DNA of 53,502 bases. Origin: a virus. Its lineage: Duplodnaviria > Caudoviricetes. A program made the position numbers and the translations under genes. The stretch covers positions 1 through 53,502 of the IMG/VR virus record IMGVR_UViG_3300018432_000016; one strand, 5' to 3'. Below the pieces are notes generated by a model. That model ran no database searches and had not been told where the DNA came from. It saw nothing but the letters and a program-made list of their open reading frames with translations. Positions 1 to 8,165 of the stretch are shown here, in pieces (within the stretch, counting starts at the first letter, position 1; each line of letters begins with the position of its first letter).

Positions 1-567
1 AGGGCGGGCGCGGTCCCGCGCCTCGGCGAGGAGAGACTCCAGACGGAGGCGTTCGGCGTGCTCGCGTTCAGCGCGGGCGGTCTGCTCCTCCACTTCGCGG
101 CGGTACTCGTCGCATTCACGTTCGTTGCGGACGGCGTGCTCGCGGGCTCGGTCCCGCTTCCCCCGCATGGATGCGAATTCGACCTCGGCGCGGTCGGCGC
201 GTTCGGCTTCGCGGGAGGCGTCGTCGAGGAGGGCGTCGGTGCGGGCGATGTGCTCGCGGAGGGCGTCGATCTGCCGTTCGTATGTGGCGACGAGGGCATC
301 CCGGTCCTCCCGCTCCTCCTCCTCCGGGGAGGGGTGGGGGGCGAAAAACGCCTCGGCGCCGAACTCGTCGGGCGCGGCGGTCGCGGTGTGCTCGACGACG
401 GCGCCCTCCAGCCCGGGGCATGCGGCGTGCGCGGCCACAACAGAGCCGTTGCGGTCGACGACGACGAGCCACCCGGAGGTGGCGTCGATCCGATACCCGT
501 CGTCGTACACGCGTTCGTGGAGGACCCGCCCCCCCTTGGGGCTGCGGAGGGTGAGCTGTACGGGCAT
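1..567 (-). CDS. Hypothetical coiled-coil protein, 5' part (continues at 53502 if circular)
   Basis: Not in ORF track; ATG 567 with GAGGAG SD; MPVQLTLRSPKGGRVLHERVYDDG...LESLLAEARDRARP is open to base 1; E/R-rich helical C-half. Confidence 0.75.
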   Translation of the reverse strand, partial: MPVQLTLRSPKGGRVLHERVYDDGYRIDATSGWLVVVDRNGSVVAAHAACPGLEGAVVEHTATAAPDEFGAEAFFAPHPSPEEEEREDRDALVATYERQIDALREHIARTDALLDDASREAERADRAEVEFASMRGKRDRAREHAVRNERECDEYRREVEEQTARAEREHAERLRLESLLAEARDRARP

Positions 568-607
568 GCGGGCTCCTCGGGCGTGGGACCTATCGGGGGG
601 GTTCAGT

Positions 608-796
608 CTAGGGGGTGGTTACCTGGACAGGGCGGCCGACGGGAACGAGGACGATGTGCGGGGGGCGGTCGAGGAGGAGCTGCACGAGGTGGTCGTCGAC
701 CGGGTACAGCCCACGGAGGACACCGTCGACGCCTTCCCCCCGTACGTGCTGCCCGAGGTGCTCGTCGGTGAGGTCTGCCGCCCGGAACGTGTCCAC
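608..796 (-). CDS. Hypothetical protein
   Basis: 62 aa ORF with GGGGAGG SD and GC3-biased codons. Confidence 0.6.
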   Translation of the reverse strand: MDTFRAADLTDEHLGQHVRGEGVDGVLRGLYPVDDHLVQLLLDRPPHIVLVPVGRPVQVTTP

Positions 797-841
797 GCCC
801 TCCAGCCTCCCCGAGGTGGGCTCGGGGCGCTGGAGGGGGCA

Positions 842-1156
842 TTACAGGCGGCCGGCGGCCTCGTCCTGTTTCGCCTCGCGATGAATCTTTAGGATCGTCT
901 GTTCGGTGGAGTCGGCGGCCTGCGCGATGTGCCGGAACAGGACGCGGCGGCGGCGTAGGTCGAGGACGAGCCGTTTCCGTTCGGTGGACAGTTCGGCGAC
1001 CCGGTCCTGCGCGTCATGGATCGCCCCGGTCGTCTGCCGCATGAGGGCGAGCTGCTCGTCGGTCTCGTCGTCGCCGGTGAGTGGCAGCGGCGGCAACTCC
1101 CGGACGGATTCGGGTTCGGGCACGGCGGGGGGCTCCTCGATCGCGACGGCGGTCAC
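842..1156 (-). CDS. Helix-turn-helix DNA-binding protein (alternative start 1210)
   Basis: C-terminal LVLDLRRRRVLFRHIAQAADSTEQTILKI HTH pattern; GTG 1156 lies 7 nt after a TAGGTT -10 box. Confidence 0.6.
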   Translation of the reverse strand: MTAVAIEEPPAVPEPESVRELPPLPLTGDDETDEQLALMRQTTGAIHDAQDRVAELSTERKRLVLDLRRRRVLFRHIAQAADSTEQTILKIHREAKQDEAAGRL

Positions 1157-1163
1157 GACACGC

Positions 1164-1208
1164 AACCTATCCGGGGGGGCAGGTTCGGCGCGCGGAGTTG
1201 CGGCGGTC
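1164..1208 (-). promoter_or_regulatory. Putative late promoter: 21-bp box (18/21 match) + 18 nt + TAGGTT
   Basis: Same box and spacing as at 27006 and 39704. Confidence 0.6.
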
Positions 1209-1650
1209 ATGTGGGGAGTCCGAGCTGCTCGGCGTACCGGGCGTCGCCGGTTCGCAGGTACCCGTCGAGGTCCCGCCCCCGGATGACGAGGTCCGGGTTC
1301 CCGGCCTTCGTCTGCCAGTACACGGGGGCTCCGTCGTACTCGACGGCGTCGACGACGAGGACACCCGCGTCCCCGGCGAGGACGACCGCGTCCACGTACT
1401 CGACGGGCACGCCGGCGCGGAGGATTCCGCGCGTCGAGTTCTCCCGGTCGACGGCGTCGGCGAACGCCTGCGCGAGGGACTCCAGGAGGCGGGCGTCCTC
1501 GACACCTCGGGCGGCGGTCTCGCCTTCGCGGACGGTCGTGTCGCGGCGAAGGTTGGACAGGCGGTCGGCGAGCAGCCGGTCGAACGCGAGGCGGGCCTGC
1601 GCTCGGGCGGCCGGGGCGGGCCGGGGCTCGGGGGTGGGCATGAGGGGCAC
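1207..1650 (-). CDS. Hypothetical protein
   Basis: 147 aa; GTG with AGGAG SD and upstream CCCACGCC. Confidence 0.7.
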   Translation of the reverse strand: MPLMPTPEPRPAPAARAQARLAFDRLLADRLSNLRRDTTVREGETAARGVEDARLLESLAQAFADAVDRENSTRGILRAGVPVEYVDAVVLAGDAGVLVVDAVEYDGAPVYWQTKAGNPDLVIRGRDLDGYLRTGDARYAEQLGLPT

Positions 1651-1771
1651 GGGGTCTCCTGTCGGGTTAGGCGTGGGGTCCCCCGTGGGTGATGCGGCTA
1701 CCGGCCCGCCGTCGAGCGGCTGTCGGGCGGGCGTCGGGCGGCCACGGGGGGAGCCACCCGACGCCCCGCGA

Positions 1772-1788
1772 ACTATACCCTCCCCCTA
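1772..1788 (-). promoter_or_regulatory. Promoter repeat TAGGGGGAGGGTATAGT (copy 1)
   Basis: Exact 17-bp copy at 51425-51441; ends in TATAGT -10 box. Confidence 0.55.
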
Positions 1789-2562
1789 CCCGGTGAGGGG
1801 GGTTCGGCGGTCCGGCCCGTCGAGGGTGACGACCATTCCCAACCCGTTGAGCCGGGACGCGACCCGCTCCCCGAGGTTGGCGCGGATCAGTTCCCCGGTC
1901 GCGTTCGTGGTGACGATCGTCGGCAGCCGGCGGGCGTACCGGGCGTCGATCACCCGATACAGGACCTCGGCGGTCCAATCGGAGGCGCGTTCGGCGGCGA
2001 GGTCGTCGAGGAGCAGCAGCCGCGCCCCCTCGACGGCGTCCAGGGTCTCGACGGGTGTGCGGCCGGGGCGGAGCCCGTCGAGGAACGCGGGGACGGCGAC
2101 GGCGACCGCCGGCAGCATGGCACGCTCGCCGACGAGGAACCGGAACGCGGCGACCGCCTCGTGTGTCTTGCCGACGCCCACCGGCCCCCGGATGACGAGG
2201 CCGTCGATCTGCCGCCGGTACAGGGCGATCGAGGCGCGGGTGACGGAGGAGTTGGTCGGGCGGGTGGCGTCGAACCGGCCGAACCGGCGGTCGAGCCCGG
2301 CGAGGGTGGCGGCGACGGCCCGCTCGCGGCGGAGGTCGTCGATGCGCTGCTGCCGGGCGGTCCGTTCCTGCGCGGCCTGCTGCCGGACGGGGCGGGACCG
2401 TTCGGCGATCTGCCGAACGCGCTCCTCCCAATCGACGACGGCCGGCTCGGGGCGCTCGCGGGGCTGCTGCTGCCGGCGGCGTTCGACCTCGGCGGCGAGG
2501 CGCTGGAGGTCGGCGTCGGGCGGGTGTTCGGGTTCGGGGCTCGCGGCGTGGGACTCAGTCAT
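1786..2562 (-). CDS. DnaC/IstB-like AAA+ ATPase (helicase loader)
   Basis: Walker A GPVGVGKT, Walker B LLLLDDL, IDARYARRLPTIVTTN, GERVASRL, DGPDRR; directly downstream of the initiator. Confidence 0.9.
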   Translation of the reverse strand: MTESHAASPEPEHPPDADLQRLAAEVERRRQQQPRERPEPAVVDWEERVRQIAERSRPVRQQAAQERTARQQRIDDLRRERAVAATLAGLDRRFGRFDATRPTNSSVTRASIALYRRQIDGLVIRGPVGVGKTHEAVAAFRFLVGERAMLPAVAVAVPAFLDGLRPGRTPVETLDAVEGARLLLLDDLAAERASDWTAEVLYRVIDARYARRLPTIVTTNATGELIRANLGERVASRLNGLGMVVTLDGPDRRTPLTG

Positions 2563-2564
2563 GG

Positions 2565-3458
2565 CTAGAACGCTCCTCGGTGTGCGTCAGGGTCGGTCGG
2601 TATGTGTTGCCGTGGACCGTAGGCGCCGGAGGTAACGGTTCGGGGCGTTTCTAGGGCGGCGTGGAGGGTCTGGAGGGTGACGGGTCGACCGGCTCCCCGG
2701 AGGTCGGCGAGCGCCTTCCGGATCCGCTCATCGTCGTACCGGGGAGGCTTGCCCGTCGCGGCGGCCGAGCCCTGCCCGTCGACGGGTACGTCGAGGGCGC
2801 GTTTCACGATGCCGAGGAGGGCGAGGTAGTTCGCCATTCCGCCGCACGCCTCGACGTGCTCGCGGGTGACGGCGGCGGCGACGGAGCCGAGGACCCGTTT
2901 TCGGTCGGCGGCGGTGAGTGGTCCGTCCTCGACGAGGGCGAGTTGCCGCGCCTCTCCGTCCGCCCCGGGTTCCGTAGGAACCCGCTGGTCTTGTTCCGTT
3001 GTCTTTTTACTCGCGGGTGAACCACTGCGGGTTAGCCGCGTCGGGTTTCCCGCACTGGTCGGGTCGCCCGCACGGTTTGGCGTCGATCCGCTCGGGTCGC
3101 CCGGGTCGGTGAGGGTGTAGTCCTCCTCGGTGTACTTCCCGCCTTCCCCGCGCTGCCGACCGGAGCGCACGAGGTACCCGGTCCGCTCCAGCTCGGCGAG
3201 CCCGGACAGGAGGGAATCGCGACCGTCGGTCGCCTGCCGTTGCATGAGGTTCTGACTCACGCGGAACCCGGCGGCGTGCCCAAGGAGGTACGCGAGGAGT
3301 CCTTTCGCCTTCCACGACAGGCGGTCGTCGCGCATCCATCGATTAGGAACCTGCGCGTACCCGTCGCCGGGCAGCTCGGGCCGGATTACACCCACGAGGA
3401 ACGCCCCTCGTGTCCGGGAGTGGGTTGTGTCTGTAGCATGGGGACCTCGCGGTTTCAT
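2565..3458 (-). CDS. Phage replication initiator with N-terminal HTH (alternative start GTG 3395)
   Basis: YAQVPNRWMRDDRLSWKAKGLLAYLL...LAELERTGYL motif; initiator-loader gene pair; repetitive central linker. Confidence 0.8.
   Translation of the reverse strand: MKPRGPHATDTTHSRTRGAFLVGVIRPELPGDGYAQVPNRWMRDDRLSWKAKGLLAYLLGHAAGFRVSQNLMQRQATDGRDSLLSGLAELERTGYLVRSGRQRGEGGKYTEEDYTLTDPGDPSGSTPNRAGDPTSAGNPTRLTRSGSPASKKTTEQDQRVPTEPGADGEARQLALVEDGPLTAADRKRVLGSVAAAVTREHVEACGGMANYLALLGIVKRALDVPVDGQGSAAATGKPPRYDDERIRKALADLRGAGRPVTLQTLHAALETPRTVTSGAYGPRQHIPTDPDAHRGAF
2987..3106. repeat. Putative replication origin: CGGGT iterons plus A/T-rich tract inside the initiator gene
   Basis: CGGGT at 3014, 3028, 3042, 3060, 3093 (each followed by N3-CC) and 3102, next to a T-rich tract at 2987-3010. 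Confidence 0.5.
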
Positions 3459-3476
3459 TAGGCGTGGGACAGCGAG

Positions 3477-3518
3477 CCGACGGCCCGGCCCTCCCCTCGG
3501 GGGGGGCCGGGCCGTCGG
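3477..3518 (-). terminator. GC-rich hairpin (terminator or attenuator, no U tract)
   Basis: CCGACGGCCCGGCCC...GGGCCGGGCCGTCGG inverted repeat between genes. Confidence 0.6.
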
Positions 3519-3536
3519 TGTATCCGGTGGGGGACG

Positions 3537-4304
3537 CTACGCCCGCCCCAGGTGCTCCAGCAGCTCCGGGGAACCGGCCGCCCGCTGAGTAAGAACCCAC
3601 ACGGTGTGTTCCCGCCCGTAGTGCTCGCGGGTGACGATGGTCCCGTCGGAGCCGGTGGCGGGCTCCAGCCACCCGCCGTCGACGAGTTCCACCCGGCGCG
3701 GCCGGACGGAGTTGTCGCGGAGCCCGGTGGCCTGCGCGATCTGGAGGTCGGTCAGCCCGACGAGTTTCGGGTCGCGGGCGACTTGCGCGACCGCGTCGAG
3801 GACCCGCCGGCGGTTCGTGCCCGCGTTGGGTGCCGCCCGGAGTGCGGCGTCCTTCGCGGTCGCCCGCCCGTCGTGGCGGGCGAGACCGGCCCCGGAGGCG
3901 CCGGGGGATACCCGAGCCACCCCCCGGCGGGTGGGCGTGCTCCTGGAGGCGTTGAGGGCGTCGACGTGCCGGACGAACCGGCCGCGTTCGGCGAGGAGCG
4001 CCTGCGCGGACCCGTCGAGCCCCCGGCCCTCGATCGCGAGGCGGGCGGCGATCGAGGCGAACCTCGTCGCGGCCTGCCCGGCGTCGAGCCCCGCGTACCC
4101 GTCCTCGGCGTCGAGGTCGACCTCGGGCAGTGCGGCCGACGCCTCGGCGCGGAGGAACTCGACCGCGCGCCCCAGGTTGCGGGCGCTCGTCTGGAGGACC
4201 GACGACCACGCCCTCGCGCGGCGAACCTCGATCGGGGCGGTCGCCGCCCCGAGGTGGCGGGCCACCCCCCGGAGGGCGGCCAGCTCGGCGGCGGTCGTGC
4301 TCAC
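3537..4304 (-). CDS. Protein with C-terminal winged-helix domain
   Basis: RRRVLDAV...GLTDLQIAQATGLRDNSVRPRRVELVDGGWL. Confidence 0.7.
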   Translation of the reverse strand: MSTTAAELAALRGVARHLGAATAPIEVRRARAWSSVLQTSARNLGRAVEFLRAEASAALPEVDLDAEDGYAGLDAGQAATRFASIAARLAIEGRGLDGSAQALLAERGRFVRHVDALNASRSTPTRRGVARVSPGASGAGLARHDGRATAKDAALRAAPNAGTNRRRVLDAVAQVARDPKLVGLTDLQIAQATGLRDNSVRPRRVELVDGGWLEPATGSDGTIVTREHYGREHTVWVLTQRAAGSPELLEHLGRA

Positions 4305-5128
4305 TTCGTCTCCTCGCGGGTGACCTTGACGCCCCGGTACGTGCGGGTACTGATCGTGCGGATCTGCCGGATGACGGCGGCGTCGGCGTCGCGCTGCTGC
4401 TCGGCGAGGCGTTTCCGCAGCGCCTCGACCTCGCGGGCGGACGGCGCGAACTTGCCGAGCCCGACGAGCCCGTCGAGCCCGATCAGGCGGGCGACGACGT
4501 TCCGGGCGACCTCGCGGGCGTCATCCTCGGACAGGTTGACGGGGACGGTCGTCCCCGCCTGCCGGGCGGCGCGCTGGAGGGCGTCGCCGGCGACGTACGT
4601 CGACAGCTCGTCGTCGACGAGCCACCCGACGAGGGAGGGAACGTCCCACGTCGACGAACCCGAGGCGTAGTCGGGGCGGACGGCGATCCGCTGTCCGACC
4701 CCGTCGGGCACGAACAGGGACGCGGTCAGCATCCCGTCGAGTTCGGCGCCGGACACGGCGAGCGCCTCCTCCTCGGCGATGGCGTCCGCCTCGGCGGCGG
4801 CGGCGGTGAACGCCTCGGCCACGGACCGCAGGGACTCCCCGGCGGACACGACGCGGCGGACGAGGTCGTACGTGTCCTCGGGGACGACGACGGTCCCCCG
4901 GGCCTGCCGCACCATCGTCGCGGCGTGCCGGAGAGCGGCGATCAGGTCGCGGCGGAGAACCGGGGCGAGCGCCCGGAGCGCGTCGGCGTCGAGTTGCCCG
5001 TCCGGCCCGCCGATCGGGGCCGGCAGGTTCGGCGCCTCGGGCTCGGGCTCGGTGGCATCGGCGAAGGTGGCGGCGAACGCGAACGGGTCGACGCGCAATG
5101 CGTCGAGGGCGGGGTCCTTGTCGGTCAC
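4301..5128 (-). CDS. Hypothetical protein
   Basis: GTG 5128 with GAGGAG SD; coding-like composition from VTDKDPALDAL; 4-nt overlaps on both sides. Confidence 0.75.
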   Translation of the reverse strand: MTDKDPALDALRVDPFAFAATFADATEPEPEAPNLPAPIGGPDGQLDADALRALAPVLRRDLIAALRHAATMVRQARGTVVVPEDTYDLVRRVVSAGESLRSVAEAFTAAAAEADAIAEEEALAVSGAELDGMLTASLFVPDGVGQRIAVRPDYASGSSTWDVPSLVGWLVDDELSTYVAGDALQRAARQAGTTVPVNLSEDDAREVARNVVARLIGLDGLVGLGKFAPSAREVEALRKRLAEQQRDADAAVIRQIRTISTRTYRGVKVTREETK

Positions 5129-5562
5129 GGGGTCTCCTCGGTTCGGGTGGGCGTGGGAAGGGGGCGGATCGCGGTCGAGCTGTCGTCGCCGAGCTGCCGC
5201 CAGTAGCCGGCGCGGTCGCGCTGCTGCCGGACGACGACGACGAGGACGCCGAGCACGTCCAGCCCGTACCGGGCGGCGGCGGCGGCGAGGAACCGGAGCG
5301 TCGCCTCCAGGAGGGAAGGGGGCGGATCCTCGGAGCCGGTGTACTCGACGATCGCGACCTGCTCGGCGCCGTCGATGACGAGCTGCCGCATAGCGGCGAC
5401 CTCGTCGGTTGCCTCCCGGTTCGGGTCGAGGGCAAGGATCACGAGGTGCTCCTCGTCCATCGGGGACAGCCCGACGAGGATCGTCTCGCCGCAGCGTGGG
5501 GGGCGGCCGAGCCACCGGGGGATGGTGGCGACGATCGTCGACGGGTCGGGGGGGGCGGTCAT
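5125..5562 (-). CDS. Hypothetical protein, DUF4192 N-terminal-like
   Basis: PSTIVATIPRWLGRPP..ETILVGL resembles the actinobacterial DUF4192 N-terminus; ATG with GGAG SD. Confidence 0.5.
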   Translation of the reverse strand: MTAPPDPSTIVATIPRWLGRPPRCGETILVGLSPMDEEHLVILALDPNREATDEVAAMRQLVIDGAEQVAIVEYTGSEDPPPSLLEATLRFLAAAAARYGLDVLGVLVVVVRQQRDRAGYWRQLGDDSSTAIRPLPTPTRTEETP

Positions 5563-5578
5563 GGCTGCTCCAGGGGTA

Positions 5579-5615
5579 GGCGTGGGCCGTACTGTCCCCC
5601 CGATTATACGCACAC
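5579..5615 (-). promoter_or_regulatory. Class-2 promoter: TATAAT-C-GGGGGG-ACAGTAC...CCCACGCC
   Basis: Perfect TATAAT (5603-5608) in intergenic high-GC DNA; same design at 9314-9345. Confidence 0.7.
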
Positions 5616-5642
5616 CTAACGCGGGTTCGGGTAGACCCGGCA

Positions 5643-5686
5643 CGCCACGAGCCCCCGGCCTCGGGTGAGGGCGGGGGCTCGTGGCG
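5643..5686 (-). terminator. Hairpin terminator after HNH gene
   Basis: CGCCACGAGCCCCCG...CGGGGGCTCGTGGCG stem. Confidence 0.65.
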
Positions 5687-5713
5687 CGGGGTCACGGCGC
5701 GGTACGGGTCACC

Positions 5714-6157
5714 TTACGGGCGATCGATATACCCGGGCAGGTGCTCCAGTCGCCACGCTCGGGAGACCTCGGCGGCGGCCTCGGGGGCGTCGAACGTCCC
5801 GAGGGTCAACAATCGACCCTCGATCTTGACGCGTGCTTGCCAGCGGCTCCCCGAGCGGGTCGGGTAGACGCCTCGATATCCGCTCGCGGCCCGGCCGCGC
5901 ACATTGCCCGAGAATTCGGCGGGTGTGACGACGCGGAGGTTCGCTCGACGGTTGTCGAGCTTGTCTCCGTTGACGTGGTCGCCGAACACGGCGCGGCCGG
6001 CGTCGACGATGCCGAGGAGCCATCGGTGCAGGAGGACGACGGTCGGTCGAACGCCGGTGAGTTGCGCGTACCCGTGACTCCCGATCGAGAGGCGGCCGGG
6101 GAGGGTCACGTCGTCGTCGAGCCGGACGGCGTCGCCACTCGCGGTGAGGTACAGCAT
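5714..6157 (-). CDS. HNH endonuclease with AP2-like DNA-binding domain
   Basis: LLHRWLL...DHVNGDKLDNRRANLR, then SGYRGVY..RWQARVKIEGRLLTLGTFDAPEAAA. Confidence 0.9.
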   Translation of the reverse strand: MLYLTASGDAVRLDDDVTLPGRLSIGSHGYAQLTGVRPTVVLLHRWLLGIVDAGRAVFGDHVNGDKLDNRRANLRVVTPAEFSGNVRGRAASGYRGVYPTRSGSRWQARVKIEGRLLTLGTFDAPEAAAEVSRAWRLEHLPGYIDRP

Positions 6158-6684
6158 CAGACGATGCACTCGCCTCGGTGAACGGCGAGGTCGTATCCGG
6201 TTGTATGGGCGAACGGCGGTTCGTCCCCGTACTGCCCGCCGACGGTGGCCGGCGTCGCCCACGGATCCGAGGCGGGCCGCTGCTGCTGCCCCCCGCCGAA
6301 CCCGCCCCCGCCGGTGTTGCCCCGGGTCGTCTTGCGAACGGTGGCCTGCGCGTACCGCAAGCTCGGCCCGACCTCGTCGACCTGGAGTTCGACGACCGTC
6401 CTCTTGTTGCCGTCCTTGTCGTCCCAGGAGCGTTGGACGAGGCGGCCGGTCACGATCACCCGCATTCCCTTGGCGAGGGACTCGGCGGCGTTCTCGGCTG
6501 CCTCCCGCCACACGGAGCAGCGCATCCACAAGGTTTCCCCGTCCTTCCACTCTTGGGACTGCTTGTCGAACGATCGGGGGGTGGAGGCGACCGTCCAGTT
6601 CGCGACGGCGTGACCGGCCGGCGTGAACCGCAGATCGACCTCCCCGGCGATGTTGCCGACGATCGTCGTTACGGGCTCGTTCAT
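6157..6684 (-). CDS. ssb: Single-stranded DNA-binding protein
   Basis: [23 protein letters not shown]...[27 protein letters not shown]...[10 protein letters not shown]; Gly-rich tail, DPW, DEPPF. Confidence 0.95.
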   Translation of the reverse strand: MNEPVTTIVGNIAGEVDLRFTPAGHAVANWTVASTPRSFDKQSQEWKDGETLWMRCSVWREAAENAAESLAKGMRVIVTGRLVQRSWDDKDGNKRTVVELQVDEVGPSLRYAQATVRKTTRGNTGGGGFGGGQQQRPASDPWATPATVGGQYGDEPPFAHTTGYDLAVHRGECIV

Positions 6685-6715
6685 GGGTTGTGCTCCTGTC
6701 TCGCGGTTGCGTGGG

Positions 6716-7072
6716 TCAGAACGGGGGAGGTGGGGTGGGACCTTGCACGGTCCACGGGTCCGGGGTGACGGTGTCCGCGTAGCAGTCGGTGAAGTGCGGC
6801 CCCTCCTGCTGTCCGCATGAGGGCTCCGGGTCCTCGGCGGGCTCGGTGTCCGGAACCGGGGCGTAGTCGAGCTGCCGGCGGTCGGGTCCGAGGCACACCT
6901 CCTCGGCGTCCTCCCCGGTGTTCCCGACGGCGAACACGGCGCGGTGTTGCTCGCCCTCGGCGGGGACGAGCCCACACAGACCGCACGGGGCGTCCTCGGC
7001 GGGCTCGGCGTCCCACTCGGGCGGGTAGTCCGGCCCGGGGCGCTCCGGGCCGGGACCCTCGCGGCCGGTCAC
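6716..7072 (-). CDS. Hypothetical acidic, Cys-containing protein ending in PPPPF
   Basis: GTG overlaps upstream stop; CGLC motif. Confidence 0.6.
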   Translation of the reverse strand: MTGREGPGPERPGPDYPPEWDAEPAEDAPCGLCGLVPAEGEQHRAVFAVGNTGEDAEEVCLGPDRRQLDYAPVPDTEPAEDPEPSCGQQEGPHFTDCYADTVTPDPWTVQGPTPPPPF

Positions 7073-7464
7073 GATGCGCGCCCGTTGCTGCACGAGACAG
7101 TGGGGGTGACGATCATTTCCTGCCCGATGCCCCGGTTCGACGGGTAGATGAATTGGCCGGGGTCCATGCAGAACGGTGCGCTGCCGTCGCCGCGCCGCAC
7201 GAAGAACGGGTGATCCTCAACGGTCAGTTTCCACACGCCGGAGGTTCCGCTCCCGCACGGGAGGTCCTCGATGGTGACGCCGCCGGTGTGCTGCCCGGGA
7301 ACTCGCGGGACCTGCTTCCACACCTGGACGGGGGCGATGACGGCGCACGAGTTGGCGACCGAGCCGACGGCGAGCGCCGGCGTCGCGGTGGCGGTGACAA
7401 TCCCGGCGGTCGAGGCGGCGACGAGCCCGGTCGTTGCGGCGGCGGTAACGAGTCTGCGGATCAC
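7069..7464 (-). CDS. Putative secreted protein
   Basis: Signal-like N-terminus (IRRLVTAAATTGLVAAS...PALA), four Cys; AGGAG SD. Confidence 0.65.
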   Translation of the reverse strand: MIRRLVTAAATTGLVAASTAGIVTATATPALAVGSVANSCAVIAPVQVWKQVPRVPGQHTGGVTIEDLPCGSGTSGVWKLTVEDHPFFVRRGDGSAPFCMDPGQFIYPSNRGIGQEMIVTPTVSCSNGRAS

Positions 7465-7520
7465 GGTTGCTCCTATGAGGCGTGGGACGGGGGTGGGGTA
7501 GTGCTGGAGGGCGGTTCGGG

Positions 7521-8165
7521 TCACCGGGCGCCCCGCAACGCGTCGGACGCGGAGCGGAGGACGGACTGCAACCCGGACAGCTTCGACCGGAGGTTATGCA
7601 TGCCCTCGCGGGCGGTGCGGCAGGTCAGGTCGAGGAGCTTGACCCGCTCGTACAGCTCCTCGCAGGCGAGCATCGCCTCGGCGTTGCGCTGCTCCGCCGA
7701 CCGGGCGGTCGAGGCGATGAGGGCGCGGGCGTACCCGAGGTCGTAGGCGAGCTGCGCGGCGCCCCGCTCCTCCTCTTTCGTGGTGAGGAACCCGGCGCCC
7801 CGCTCGATGCGGTCCAGGGTGTCGACGATTTCCCGTTCCACCTCCTCGGGCGTGTACGGGCGGGAGGAGGCGTCGGGGTTCGTGGTGATGTGCCGCAGCC
7901 CGCCCGTTGTGCGGGCGTCGCCCTCGCGGGCGGTGGGGTCGACGGCGCCGGGCCGGTCGCGGGGGACGATGGCCTGCGGAACGGACACGACCTCCCAACA
8001 GGAGGAGCACACCTGCTCGCCGTCGACGAGGCGGCGGTCCGGCGCCGGGTGCGTACAGCCGGGGGCGCCGGCGTTCGGATCCTCGTCGAGGAGTCCGACG
8101 GTTCCCTCGACGATGGTCGAGGCGGGTCCGTCGAGGTCGCCGTACGCCTCGTCGTCGGCGCTCAC
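7521..8165 (-). CDS. Coiled-coil protein, possibly UvsY-like recombination mediator
   Basis: Long helical C-half next to ERF; function inferred from position only. Confidence 0.55.
   Translation of the reverse strand: MSADDEAYGDLDGPASTIVEGTVGLLDEDPNAGAPGCTHPAPDRRLVDGEQVCSSCWEVVSVPQAIVPRDRPGAVDPTAREGDARTTGGLRHITTNPDASSRPYTPEEVEREIVDTLDRIERGAGFLTTKEEERGAAQLAYDLGYARALIASTARSAEQRNAEAMLACEELYERVKLLDLTCRTAREGMHNLRSKLSGLQSVLRSASDALRGAR

Noticed and set aside
1786-2562. IS21 IstB transposition helper
   Set aside because: No IstA transposase or terminal inverted repeats; it is paired with a replication initiator
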